A stretch of DNA of 64,000 bases. It comes from Eledone cirrhosa. Its lineage: Eukaryota. The notes under the pieces are model-generated. The model was given only the letters and a program-made list of their open reading frames with translations. It was not told where the DNA came from and searched no databases. Shown piece after piece: positions 1-12,000 of this stretch (positions are counted from its first letter, which is position 1; every line of letters starts with the position of its first letter). The stretch is from NCBI GenBank assembly GCA_964016885.1, contig OZ024741.1:930001-994000 (forward strand), written 5' to 3'. The position numbers and the translations under genes were made by a program.

Positions 1-3000
1 CTGTTATTGTTGTTGTTGGTGTTATTGTTGTTGTTGGTGTTATTGTTGTTGTTGGTTTTATTGTTGTTGTTGGTGTTGCTGTTATTGTGGTTGTTGGTGT
101 TATTGTTGGTGTTGGTGTTATTGTTGTTGTTGGTGTTATTGTTGTTGTTGGTGTTTTTGTTGTTGTTGGTGTTGCTGTTATTGTTGTTGTTGGTGTCATT
201 GTTGTTGTTGGTGTTATTGTTGGTGTTGGTGTTATTGTTGTTGTTGGTGTTATTGTTGGTGCTGGTGTTATTGTTGGTGTTATTGTTGTTGTTGGTGTTA
301 TTGTTGTTGTTGGTGTTGCTGTTATTGTGGTTGTTGGTGTTATTGTTGGTGTTGGTGTTATTGTTGTTGTTGATGTTGGTGTTATTGTTGTTGTTGGTGT
401 TATTGTTGGTGTTGGTGATATTGTTGTTGTTGGTGTTGCTGTTATTGTGGTTGTTGGTGTTATTGTTGGTGTTGGTGTTATTGTTGTTGTTGCTGTTGCT
501 GTTATTGTGGTTGTTGGTGTTATTGTTGGTGTTGGTGTTATTGTTGTTGTTGGTGTTGCTGTTATTGTGGTTGTTGGTGTTATTGTTGTTGTTGGTGTTA
601 TTGTTGGTGTTGATGTTATTGTTGTTGTTGGTGTTATTGTTGGTGTTGGTGTTATTGTTGTTGTTGGTGTTATTGTTGTTGTTGGTGTTATTGTTGTTGT
701 TGGTGTTATTGTTGGTGTTGGTGTTATTGTTGTTGTTGGTGTTAATGTTGTTGTTGGTGTTATTGTTGTTGTTGGTGTTATTGTTGGTGTTGGTGTTATT
801 GTTGTTGTTGGTGTTATTGTTGTTGTTGGTGTTATTGTTGTTGTTGGTGGTATTGTTGTTGTTGGTGTTATTGTTGGTGTTGGTGTTATTGTTGTTGTTG
901 GTGTTATTGTTGGTGTTGATGTTATTGTTGGTGTTGATGTTATTGTTGTTGTTGGTGTTATTGTTGTTGTTGGTGTTATTGTTGTTGTTGGTGTTATTGT
1001 TGGTGTTGCTGTTATTGGTGTTGTTGGTGTTATTGTTGTTTTTGGTGTTATTGTTGGTGTTGATGTTATTGTTGTTGTTGGCGTTATTGTTGGTATTGGT
1101 GTTATTGTTGTTGTGAGTGTTATTGTTGTTGTTGGTGTTATTGTTGTTGTTGGTGTTATTGTGGTTGTTGGTGTTATTGTTGTTGTTGGTGTTATTGTTG
1201 GTGGTGAAGTTATTATTGTTGTTGGTGTTATTGTTGTTGTTGGTGTTATTGTTGGTGTTGATGTTATTGATGTTGTTGGTTTCATTGTTGGTGTTGATGT
1301 TATTGTTGTTGTTGGTGTTATTGTGGTTGTTGGTGTTATTGTTGTTGTTGGTGTTATTGTTGTTGTTGGTGTTATTGTTGGTGTTGATGTTATTGTTGTT
1401 GTTGGTGTCATTGTTGTTGTTGGTGTTATTGTTGGTGTTGGTGTTATTGTTGTTGTTGGTGTTATTGTTGGTGTTGGTGTTATTGTTGGTGTTGGTGTTA
1501 TTGTTGTTGTTGGTGTTATTGTTGTTGTTGGTGTTGCTGTTATTGTGGTTGTTGGTGTTATTGTTGGTGTTGGTGTTATTGTTGTTGTTGCTGTTGCTGT
1601 TATTGTGGTTGTTGGTGTTATTGTTGGTGTTGGTGTTATTGTTGTTGGTGGTGTTGCTGTTATTGTGGTTGTTGGTGTTATTGTTGTTGTTGGTGTTATT
1701 GTTGGTGTTGATGTTATTGTTGTTGTTGGTGTTATTGTTGGTGTTGGTGTTATTGTTGGTGTTGGTGTTATTGTTGTTGTTGATGTTATTGTTGTTGTTG
1801 GTGTTATTGTTGTTGTTGGTGTTATTGTTGGTGTTGGTGTTATTGTTGGTGTTGGTGTTATTGTTGTTGTTGGTGTTATTGTTGGTGTTGGTGTTATTGT
1901 TGTTGTTGGTGTTATTGTTGGTGTTGGTGTTATTGTTGTTGTTGGTGTTATTGTTGTTGTTGGTGTTATTGTTGTCGTTTGTGTTATTGTTGTTGTTGAT
2001 GTTATTGTTGTTGCTGATGTTATTGTTGGTGTTGGTGTTATTGTTGTTGTTGGTGTTATTGTTGGTGTTGGTGTTATTGTTGTTGTTGGTGTTATTGTTG
2101 GTGTTGGTGTTATTGTTGTTGTTGGTGCTATTGTTGGTGTTGGTGTAATTGTTGTTGTTGGTGTTATTGTTGTTGTTGATGTTATTGTTGTTGTTGGTGT
2201 TATTGTTGTTGTTGGTGTTATTGTTGTTGTTGGTGTTATTGTTGGTGTTGTTGTTGTTGTTGTTGTTGGTGTTATTGTTGTTGTTGGTGTTATTGTTTGT
2301 GTTGGTGTTATTGTTGTTGTTGGTGTTATTGTTGTTGTTGGTGTTATTGTTGTTGTTGGTGCTATTGTGGTTGTTGGTGTTATTGTTGTTGTTGGTGTTA
2401 TTGTTGTAGTTGGTGTTATTGTTGTTGTTGCTGTTATTGTTGTTGTTGGTGTTATTGTTGTTGTTGGTGTTATTGTTGTTGTTGGTTTTATTGTTGTTGT
2501 TGGTGTTATTGTTGGTGTTGGTGTTATTGTTGTTGTTGGTGTTGCTGTTATTGTGGTTGTTGGTGTTATTGTTGGTGTTGGTGTTATTGTTGTTGTTGGT
2601 GTTATTGTTGTTGTTGGTGTTTTTGTTGTTGTTGGTGTTGCTGTTATTGTTGTTGTTGGTGTCATTGTTGTTGTTGGTGTTATTGTTGGTGTTGGTGTTA
2701 TTGTTGTTTTGGTGTTATTGTTGTTGTTGGTGTTATTGTTGTTGTTGGTGCTATTGTGGTTGTTGGTGTTATTGTTGTTGTTGGTGTTATTGTTGTAGTT
2801 GGTGTTATTGTTGTTGTTGCTGTTATTGTTGTTGTTGGTGTTATTGTTGTTGTTGGTGTTATTGTTGTTGTTGGTTTTATTGTTGTTGCTGGTGTTGCTG
2901 TTATTGTGGTTGTTGGTGTTATTGTTGGTGTTGGTGTTATTGTTGTTGTTGGTGTTATTGTTGTTGTTGGTGTTTTTGTTGTTGTTGGTGTTGCTGTTAT

Positions 3001-6000
3001 TGTTGTTGTTGGTGTCATTGTTGTTGTTGGTGTTATTGTTGGTGTTGGTGTTATTGTTGTTGTTGGTGTTATTGTTGGTGCTGGTGTTATTGTTGGTGTT
3101 GGTGTTATTGTTGTTGTTGGTGTTATTGTTGTTGTTGGTGTTGCTGTTATTGTGGTTGTTGGTGTTATTGTTGGTGTTGGTGTTATTGTTGTTGTTGATG
3201 TTGGTGTTATTGTTGATGTTGGTGTTATTGTTGGTGTTGGTGATATTGTTGTTGTTGGTGTTGCTGTTATTGTGGTTGTTGGTGTTATTGTTGGTGTTGG
3301 TGTTATTGTTGTTGTTGCTGTTGCTGTTATTGTGGTTGTTGGTGTTATTGTTGGTGTTGGTGTTATTGTTGTTGTTGGTGTTGCTGTTATTGTGGTTGTT
3401 GGTGTTATTGTTGTTGTTGGTGTTATTGTTGGTGTTGATGTTATTGTTGTTGTTGGTGTTATTGTTGGTGTTGGTGTTATTGTTGTTGTTGGTGTTATTG
3501 TTGTTGTTGGTGTTATTGTTGTTGTTGGAGTTATTGTTGGTGTTGGTGTTATTGTTGTTGTTGGTGTTAATGTTGTTGTTGGTGTTATTGTTGTTGTTGG
3601 TGTTATTGTTGGTGTTGGTGTTATTGTTGTTGTTGGTGTTATTGTTGTTGTTGGTGTTATTGTTGTTGTTGGTGGTATTGTTGTTGTTGGTGTTATTGTT
3701 GGTGTTGGTGTTATTGTTGTTGTTGGTGTTATTGTTGGTGTTGATGTTATTGTTGTTTTTGGTGTTATTGTTGGTGTTGATGTTATTGTTGGTGTTGATG
3801 TTATTGTTGTTGTTGGTGTTATTGTTGTTGTTGGTGTTATTGTTGTTGTTGGTGTTATTGTTGGTGTTGCTGTTATTGGTGTTGTTGGTGTTATTGTTGG
3901 TGCTGGTGTTATTGTTGGTGTTGATGTTATTGTTGTTGTTGGCGTTATTGTTGGTATTGGTGTTATTGTTGTTGTGAGTGTTATTGTTGTTGTTGGTGTT
4001 ATTGTTGTTGTTGGTGTTATTGTGGTTGTTGGTGTTATTGTTGTTGTTGGTGTTATTGTTGGTGGTGAAGTTATTGTTGTTGTTGGTGTTATTGTTGTTG
4101 TTGGTGTTATTGTTGGTGTTGATGTTATTGATGTTGTTGGTTTCATTGTTGGTGTTGATGTTATTGTTGTTGTTGGTGTTATTGTGGTTGTTGGTGTTAT
4201 TGTTGTTGTTGGTGTTATTGTTGTTGTTGGTGTTATTGTTGGTGTTGATGTTATTGTTGTTGTTGGTGTCATTGTTGTTGTTGGTGTTATTGTTGGTGTT
4301 GGTGTTATTGTTGTTGTTGGTGTTATTGTTGGTGTTGGTGTTATTGTTGGTGTTGGTGTTATTGTTGTTGTTGGTGTTATTGTTGTTGTTGGTGTTGCTG
4401 TTATTGTGGTTGTTGGTGTTATTGTTGGTGTTGGTGTTATTGTTGTTGTTGCTGTTGCTGTTATTGTGGTTGTTGGTGTTATTGTTGGTGTTGGTGTTAT
4501 TGTTGTTGGTGGTGTTGCTGTTATTGTGGTTGTTGGTGTTATTGTTGTTGTTGGTGTTATTGTTGGTGTTGATGTTATTGTTGTTGTTGGTGTTATTGTT
4601 GGTGTTGGTGTTATTGTTGGTGTTGGTGTTATTGTTGTTGTTGATGTTATTGTTGTTGTTGGTGTTATTGTTGTTGTTGGTGTTATTGTTGGTGTTGGTG
4701 TTATTGTTGGTGTTGGTGTTATTGTTGTTGTTGGTGTTATTGTTGGTGTTGGTGTTATTGTTGTTGTTGGTGTTATTGTTGTTGTTGGTGTTATTGTTGG
4801 TGTTGGTGTTATTGTTGTTGTTGGTGCTATTGTTGGTGTTGGTGTAATTGTTGTTGTTGGTGTTATTGTTGTTGTTGATGTTATTGTTGTTGTTGGTGTT
4901 ATTGTTGTTGTTGGTGTTATTGTTGGTGTTGTTGTTGTTGTTGTTGTTGGTGTTATTGTTGTTGTTGGTGTTATTGTTTGTGTTGGTGTTATTGTTGTTG
5001 TTGGTGTTATTGTTGTTGTTGGTGTTATTGTTGTTGTTGGTGCTATTGTGGTTGTTGGTGTTATTGTTGTTGTTGGTGTTATTGTTGTAGTTGGTGTTAT
5101 TGTTGTTGTTGCTGTTATTGTTGTTGTTGGTGTTATTGTTGTTGTTGGTGTTATTGTTGTTGTTGGTTTTATTGTTGTTGTTGGTGTTATTGTTGGTGTT
5201 GGTGTTATTGTTGTTGTTGGTGTTGCTGTTATTGTGGTTGTTGGTGTTATTGTTGGTGTTGGTGTTATTGTTGTTGTTGGTGTTATTGTTGTTGTTGATG
5301 TTTTTGTTGTTGTTGGTGTTGCTGTTATTGTTGTTGTTGGTGTCATTGTTGTTGTTGGTGTTATTGTTGGTGTTGGTGTTATTGTTGTTGTTGGTGTTAT
5401 TGTTGGTGCTGGTGTTATTGTTGGTGTTGGTGTTATTGTTGTTGTTGGTGTTATTGTTGTTGTTGGTGTTGCTGTTATTGTGGTTGTTGGTGTTATTGTT
5501 GGTGTTGGTGTTATTGTTGTTGTTGGTGTTGGTGTTATTGTTGTTGTTGGTGTTATTGTTGGTGTTGGTGATATTGTTGTTGTTGGTGTTGCTGTTATTG
5601 TGGTTGTTGGTGTTATTGTTAGTGTTGGTGTTATTGTTGTTGTTGCTGTTGCTGTTATTGTGGTTGTTGGTGTTATTGTTGGTGTTGGTGTTATTGTTGT
5701 TGTTGGTGTTGCTGTTATTGTGGTTGTTGGTGTTATTGTTGTTGTTGGTGTTATTGTTGGTGTTGATGTTATTGTTGTTGTTGGTGTTATTGTTGGTGTT
5801 GGTGTTATTGTTGGTGTTGGTGTTATTGTTGTTGTTGGTGTTATTGTTGTTGTTGGTGTTATTGTTGGTGTTGGTGTTATTGTTGGTGTTGATGTTATTG
5901 TTGGTGTTGATGTTATTGTAGTTGTTGGTGTTATTGTTGTTGTTGGTGTTATTGTTGTTGTTGCTGTTGCTGTTATTGTGGTTGTTGGTGTTATTGTTGG

Positions 6001-9000
6001 TGTTGGTGTTATTGTTATTGTTGTTGTTGGTGTTAATGTTGTTGTTGGTGTTATTGTTATTGTTCGTATTATTGTTGGTGTTGGTGTTATTGTTGTTGTT
6101 GGTGTTATTGTTGGTGTTGATGTTATTGTTGTTGTTGGTGTTATTGTTGTTGTTGGTGTTATTGTGGTTGTTGGTGTTATTGTTGGTGTTGGTGTTATTG
6201 TTGGTGTTGATGTTATTGTTGGTGTTGATGTTATTGTAGTTGTTGGTGTTATTGTTGTTGTTGGTGTTATTGTTGTTGTTGGTGTCATTGTTGGTGTTGG
6301 TGTTATTGTTGGTGTTGATGTTATTGTTGTTGTTGGCGTTATTGTTGGTATTGGTGTTATTGTTGTTGTGGGTGTTATTGTTGTTGTTGGTGTTATTGTT
6401 GTTGTTGGTGTTATTGTGGTTGTTGGTGTTATTGTTGTTGTTGGTGTTATTGTTGGTGTTGAAGTTATTGTTGTTGTTGGTGTTATTGTTGTTGTTGGTG
6501 TTATTGTTGGTGTTGACGTTATTGATGTTGTTGGTTTTATTGTTGGTGTTGATGTTATTGTTGTTGTTGGTGTTATTGTGGTCGTTGGTGTTATTGTTGT
6601 TGTTGGTGTTATTGTTGTTGTTGGTGTTATTGTTGGTGTTGATGTTATTTTTGTTGTTGGTGTTATTGTTGTTGTTGGTGTTATTGTTGTTGTTGGTGTT
6701 ATTGTTGTTGTTGGTGTTATTGTTGGTGTTGATGTTATTGTTGTTGTTGGTGTTATTGTCGTTGTTGGTGTTATTGTTGGTGTTGGTGTTATTGTTGTTG
6801 TTGGTGTTATTGTTGGTGTTGATGTTATTGTTGTTGTTGGTGTTATTGTTGTTGGTGTTATTGTTGTTGTTGGTGTTATTGTTGTTGTTGGTGTTATTGT
6901 TGGTGTTGATGTTATTGTTGTTGTTGGTGTTATTGTTGGTGTTGGTGTTATTGATGTTGTTGGTGTTATTGTGGTTGTTGGTGTTATTGTTGTTGTTGAT
7001 GTTATTGTTGGTGTTGATGTTATTGTTGTTGTTGGTGTTATTGTTGTTGTTGGTGTTATTGTTGTTGTTGGTGTTATTGTTGTTGTTGGTGTTATTGTTG
7101 GTGTTGATGTTATTGTTGTTGTTTGTGTTATTGTCGTTGTTGGTGTTATTGTTGGTGTTGGTGTTATTGTTGTTGTTGGTGTTATTGTTGGTGTTGATGT
7201 TATTGTTGTTGTTGGTGTTATTGTGGTTGTTGGTGTTATTGTTGTTGGTGTTATTGTTGTTGTTGGTGTTATTGTTGTTGTTGGTGTTATTGTTGGTGTT
7301 GATGTTATTGTTGTTGTTGGTGTTATTGTTGGTTTTGGTGTTATTGATGTTGTTGGTGTTATTGTGGTTGTTGGTGTTATTGTTGTTGTTGGTGTTATTG
7401 TTGTTGTTGGTGTTATTCTTGTTGTTGGTGTTATTGTTGTTGTTGGTGTTATTGTTGGTGTTGATGTTATTGTTGTTGTTGGTGTTATTGTTGGTGTTGG
7501 TGTTATTGTTGTTGTTGGTGTTATTGTGGTTGTTGGTGTTATTGTTGTTGATGATGTTATTGTTGATGTTGGTGTTATTTTTGTTGTTGGTGTTATTGTT
7601 GTTGTTGGTGTTATTGTTGGTGTTGGTGTTATTGTTGTTGTTGGTGTTATTATTGGTGTTGGTGTTTGTGTTGCTGTTATTATTGTTGTTGGTGTTATTG
7701 TTGTTGTTGGTGTTGCTGTTATTGTGGTTGTTGGTGTTATTGTTGGTTTGGTGTTATTGTTGTTGTTGGTGTTGGTGTTATTGTTGTTGTTGGTGTTATT
7801 GTTGGTGTTGATGTTATTGTTGGTGTTGGTGTTATTGTTGTTGTTGGTGTTGCTGTTATTGTGGTTGTTGGTGTTATTGTTGGTGTTAGTGTTATTGTTG
7901 TTGTTGGTGTTATTGTTGTTGTTGGTGTTATTGTTGTTGTTGGTGTTATTGTTGGTGTTGATGTTATTGTTGTTGTTGGTGTTGGTGTTATTGTGGTTGT
8001 TGGTGTTCTTGTTGGTGTTAGTGTTATTGTTGTTGTTGGTGTTATTGTTGTTGTTGGTGTTATTGTTGTTGTTGGTGTTATTGTTGTTGTTGGTGTTATT
8101 GTTGGTGTTGGTGTAATTGTTGTTGTTGGTGTTATTGTTGTTGTTGGTGTTACTGTTGTTGTTGGTGTTATTGTTGGTGTTGGTGTTATTGTTGTCGTTT
8201 GTGTTATTGTTGTTGTTGGTGTTATTGTTGGTGTTAGTGTTATTGTTGTTGTTGGTGTTATTGTTGGTGTTGGTGTTATTGTTGTTGTTGGTGTTATTGT
8301 TGGTGTTGATGTTATTGTTGTTGTTGGTGTTATTGTTGGTGTTGGTGTTATTGTTGTTGTTGGTGTTATTGTTGTTGTTGGTGTTATTGTTGTTGTTGGT
8401 GTTATTGTTGTTGTTGGTGTTATTGTTGGTGTTGGTGTTATTGTTGTTGTTGGTGTTATTGTTGTTGTTGGTGTTATTGTTGTTGTTGGTGTTATTGTGG
8501 TTGTTGGTGTTATTGTTGTTGTTGGTGTTATTGTTGGTGTTGAAGTTATTGTTGTTGTTGGTGTTATTGTTGTTGTTGGTGTTATTGTTGGTGTTGATGT
8601 TATTGATGTTGTTGGTTTCATTGTTGGTGTTGATGTTATTGTTGTTGTTGGTGTTATTGTGGTTGTTGGTGTTATTGTTGTTGTTGGTGTTATTGTTGTT
8701 GTTGGTGTTATTGTTGGTGTTGATGTTATTGTTGTTGTTGGTATCATTGTTGTTGTTGGTGTTATTGTTGGTGTTGGTGTTATTGTTGTTGTTGGTGTTA
8801 TTGTTGGTGTTGGTGTTATTGTTGGTGTTGGTGTTATTGTTGTTGTTGGTGTTATTGTTGTTGTTGGTGTTGCTGTTATTGTAGTTGTTGGTGTTATTGT
8901 TGGTGTTGGTGTTATTGTTGTTGTTGCTGTTGCTGTTATTGTGGTTGTTGGTGTTATTGTTGGTGTTGGTGTTATTGTTGTTGGTGGTGTTGCTGTTATT

Positions 9001-12000
9001 GTGGTTGTTGGTGTTATTGTTGTTGTTGGTGTTATTGTTGGTGTTGATGTTATTGTTGTTGTTGGTGTTATTGTTGGTGTTGGTGTTATTGTTGGTGTTG
9101 GTGTTATTGTTGTTGTTGGTGTTATTGTTGTTGTTGGTGTTATTGTTGTTGTTGGTGTTATTGTTGGTGTTGGTGTTATTGTTGGTGTTGGTGTTATTGT
9201 TGTTGTTGGTGTTATTGTTGGTGTTGGTATTATTGTTGTTGTTGGTGTTATTGTGGTGGTGGTAGTGGTGTTAGTGTTGGTGTTGGTTGTAGTACTGGTG
9301 GTGGTAGTGGTGTTAGTGTTGGTGTTGCTTGTAGTACTGGTGGTGGTAGTGGTGTTAGTGTTGGTGTTGGTTGTAGAACTGGTGGTGGTAGTGGTGTTAG
9401 TGTTGGTGTTGGTTGTAGTACTGTGGTGGTAGTGGTGTTAGTGTTGGTGTTGGTTGTAGTACTGGTGGTGGTAGTGATGTTAGTGTTGGTGTTGGTTGTA
9501 GTACTGGTGGTGGTAGTGATGTTAGTGTTGGTGTTGGTTGTAGTACTGGTGGTGGTAGTGGTGTTAGTGTTGGTGTTGGTTGTAGTACTGGTGGTGGTAG
9601 TGGTGTTAGTGTTGGTGTTGGTTGTAGTACTGGTGGTGGTAGTGGTGTTAGTGTTGGTGTTGCTTGTAGTACTGGTGGTGGTAGTGGTGTTAGTGTTGGT
9701 GTTGGTTGTAGTACTGGTGGTGGTAGTGGTGTTAGTGTTGGTGTTGGTTGTAGTACTGGTGGTGGTAGTGGTGTTAGTGGTGGTGTTGGGTTGTAGTACT
9801 GGTGGTTGTAGTGATGTTAGTGTTGGTGTTGGTTGTTGTATGGTGGTTGGTAGTTGGTGTTAGTGTTGGTGTTGGTTGTAGTCTGGTAGGTGGTAGTGGT
9901 GTGTAGTGGTGGTGTTGTTGTAGTACTGGTGGTTGTAGTGATGTTAGTGTTTTTGTTGTTGTTGGTGTTGCTGTTATTGTTGTTGTTGGCTGTTATTGTT
10001 GTTGTTGGTGTTATTTGTTTGTTGGTGCTGGTGTTATTGTTGGTGTTGGTGTTATTGTTGTTGTTGGTGTTATTGTTGTTGTTGGTGTTGCTGTTATTGT
10101 GGTTGTTGGTGTTATTGTTGGTGTTGGTGTTATTGTTGTTGTTGGTGTTGGTGTTATTGTTGTTGTTGGTGTTATTGTTGGTGTTGGTGATATTGTTGTT
10201 GTTGGTGTTGCTGTTATTGTGGTTGTTGGTGTTATTGTTGGTGTTGGTGTTATTGTTGTTGTTGCTGTTGCTGTTATTGTGGTTGTTGGTGTTATTGTTG
10301 GTGTTGGTGTTATTGTTGTTGTTGGTGTTGCTGTTATTGTGGTTGTTGGTGTTATTGTTGTTGTTGGTGTTATTGTTGGTGTTGATGTTATTGTTGTTGT
10401 TGGTGTTATTGTTGGTGTTGGTGTTATTGTTGGTGTTGGTGTTATTGTTGTTGTTGGTGTTATTGTTGTTGTTGGTGTTATTGTTGTTGTTGGTGTTATT
10501 GTTGGTGTTGGTGTTATTGTTGTTGTTGGTGTTAATGTTGTTGTTGGTGTTATTGTTGTTGTTCGTATTATTGTTGGTGTTGGTGTTATTGTTGTTGTTG
10601 GTGTTATTGTTGTTGTTGGTGTTATTGTTGTTGTTGGTGGTATTGTTGTTGTTGGTGTTATTGTTAGTGTTGGTGTTATTGTTGTTGTTGGTGTTATTGT
10701 TGGTGTTGATGTTATTGTTGTTGTTGGTGTTATTGTTGGTGTTGATGTTATTGTTGGTGTTGATGTTATTGTTGTTGTTGGTGTTATTGTTGTTGTTGGT
10801 GTTATTGTTGTTGTTGGTGTTATTGTTGGTGTTGCTGTTATTGGTGTTGTTGGTGTTATTGTTGGTGTTGGTGTTATTGTTGGTGTTGATGTTATTGTTG
10901 TTGTTGGCGTTATTGTTGGTATTGGTGTTATTGTTGTTGTGAGTGTTATTGTTGTTGTTGGTGTTATTGTTGTTGTTGGTGTTATTGTGGTTGTTGGTGT
11001 TATTGTTGTTGTTGGTGTTATTGTTGGTGTTGAAGTTATTGTTGTTGTTGGTGTTATTGTTGTTGTTGGTGTTATTGTTGGTGTTGATGATATTGATGTT
11101 GTTGGTTTCATTGTTGGTGTTGATGTTATTGTTGTTGTTGGTGTTATTGTGGTTGTTGGTGTCATTGTTGTTGTTGGTGTTATTGTTGTTGTTGGTGTTA
11201 TTGTTGGTGTTGATGTTATTGTTGTTGTTGGTGTCATTGTTGTTGTTGGTGTTATTGTTGATGTTGGTGTTATTGTTGTTGTTCGTGTTATTGTTGGTGT
11301 TGGTGTTATTGTTGGTGTTGGTGTTATTGTTGTTGTTGGTGTTATTGTTGTTGGTGTTGCTGTTATTGTGGTTGTTGGTATTATTGTTGGTGTTGGTGTT
11401 ATTGTTGTTGTTGCTGTTGCTGTTATTGTGGTTGTTGGTGTTATTGTTGGTGTTGGTGTTATTGTTGTTGGTGGTGTTGCTGTTATTTTGGTTGTTGGTG
11501 TTATTGTTGTTGTTGGTGTTATTGTTGGTGTTGATGTTATTGTTGTTGTTGGTGTTATTGTTGGTGTTGGTGTTATTGTTGGTGTTGGTGTTATTGTTGT
11601 TGTTGGTGTTATTGTTGTTGTTGGTGTTATTGTTGTTGTTGGTGTTATTGTTGGTGTTGGTGTTATTGTTGGTGTTGGTGTTATTGTTGTTGTTGGTGTT
11701 ATTGTTGGTGTTGGTGTTATTGTTGTTGTTGGTGTTATTGTTGTTGTTGGTGTTATTGTGGTTGTTGGTGTTATTGTTGTTGTTTGTGTTATTATTGTTG
11801 TTGGTGTTATTGTTGGTGTTGATGTTATTGTTGTTGTTGGTGTTATTGTTGTTGTTGGCGTTATTGTTGTTGTTGGTGTTATTGTTGTTGTTGGTGTTAT
11901 TGTTGGTGTTGGTGTTATTGTTGTTGTTGGTGTTAATATTGTTGTTGGTGTTATTGTTGTTGTTGGTGTTATTGTTGGTGTTGGTGTTATTGTTGTTGTT

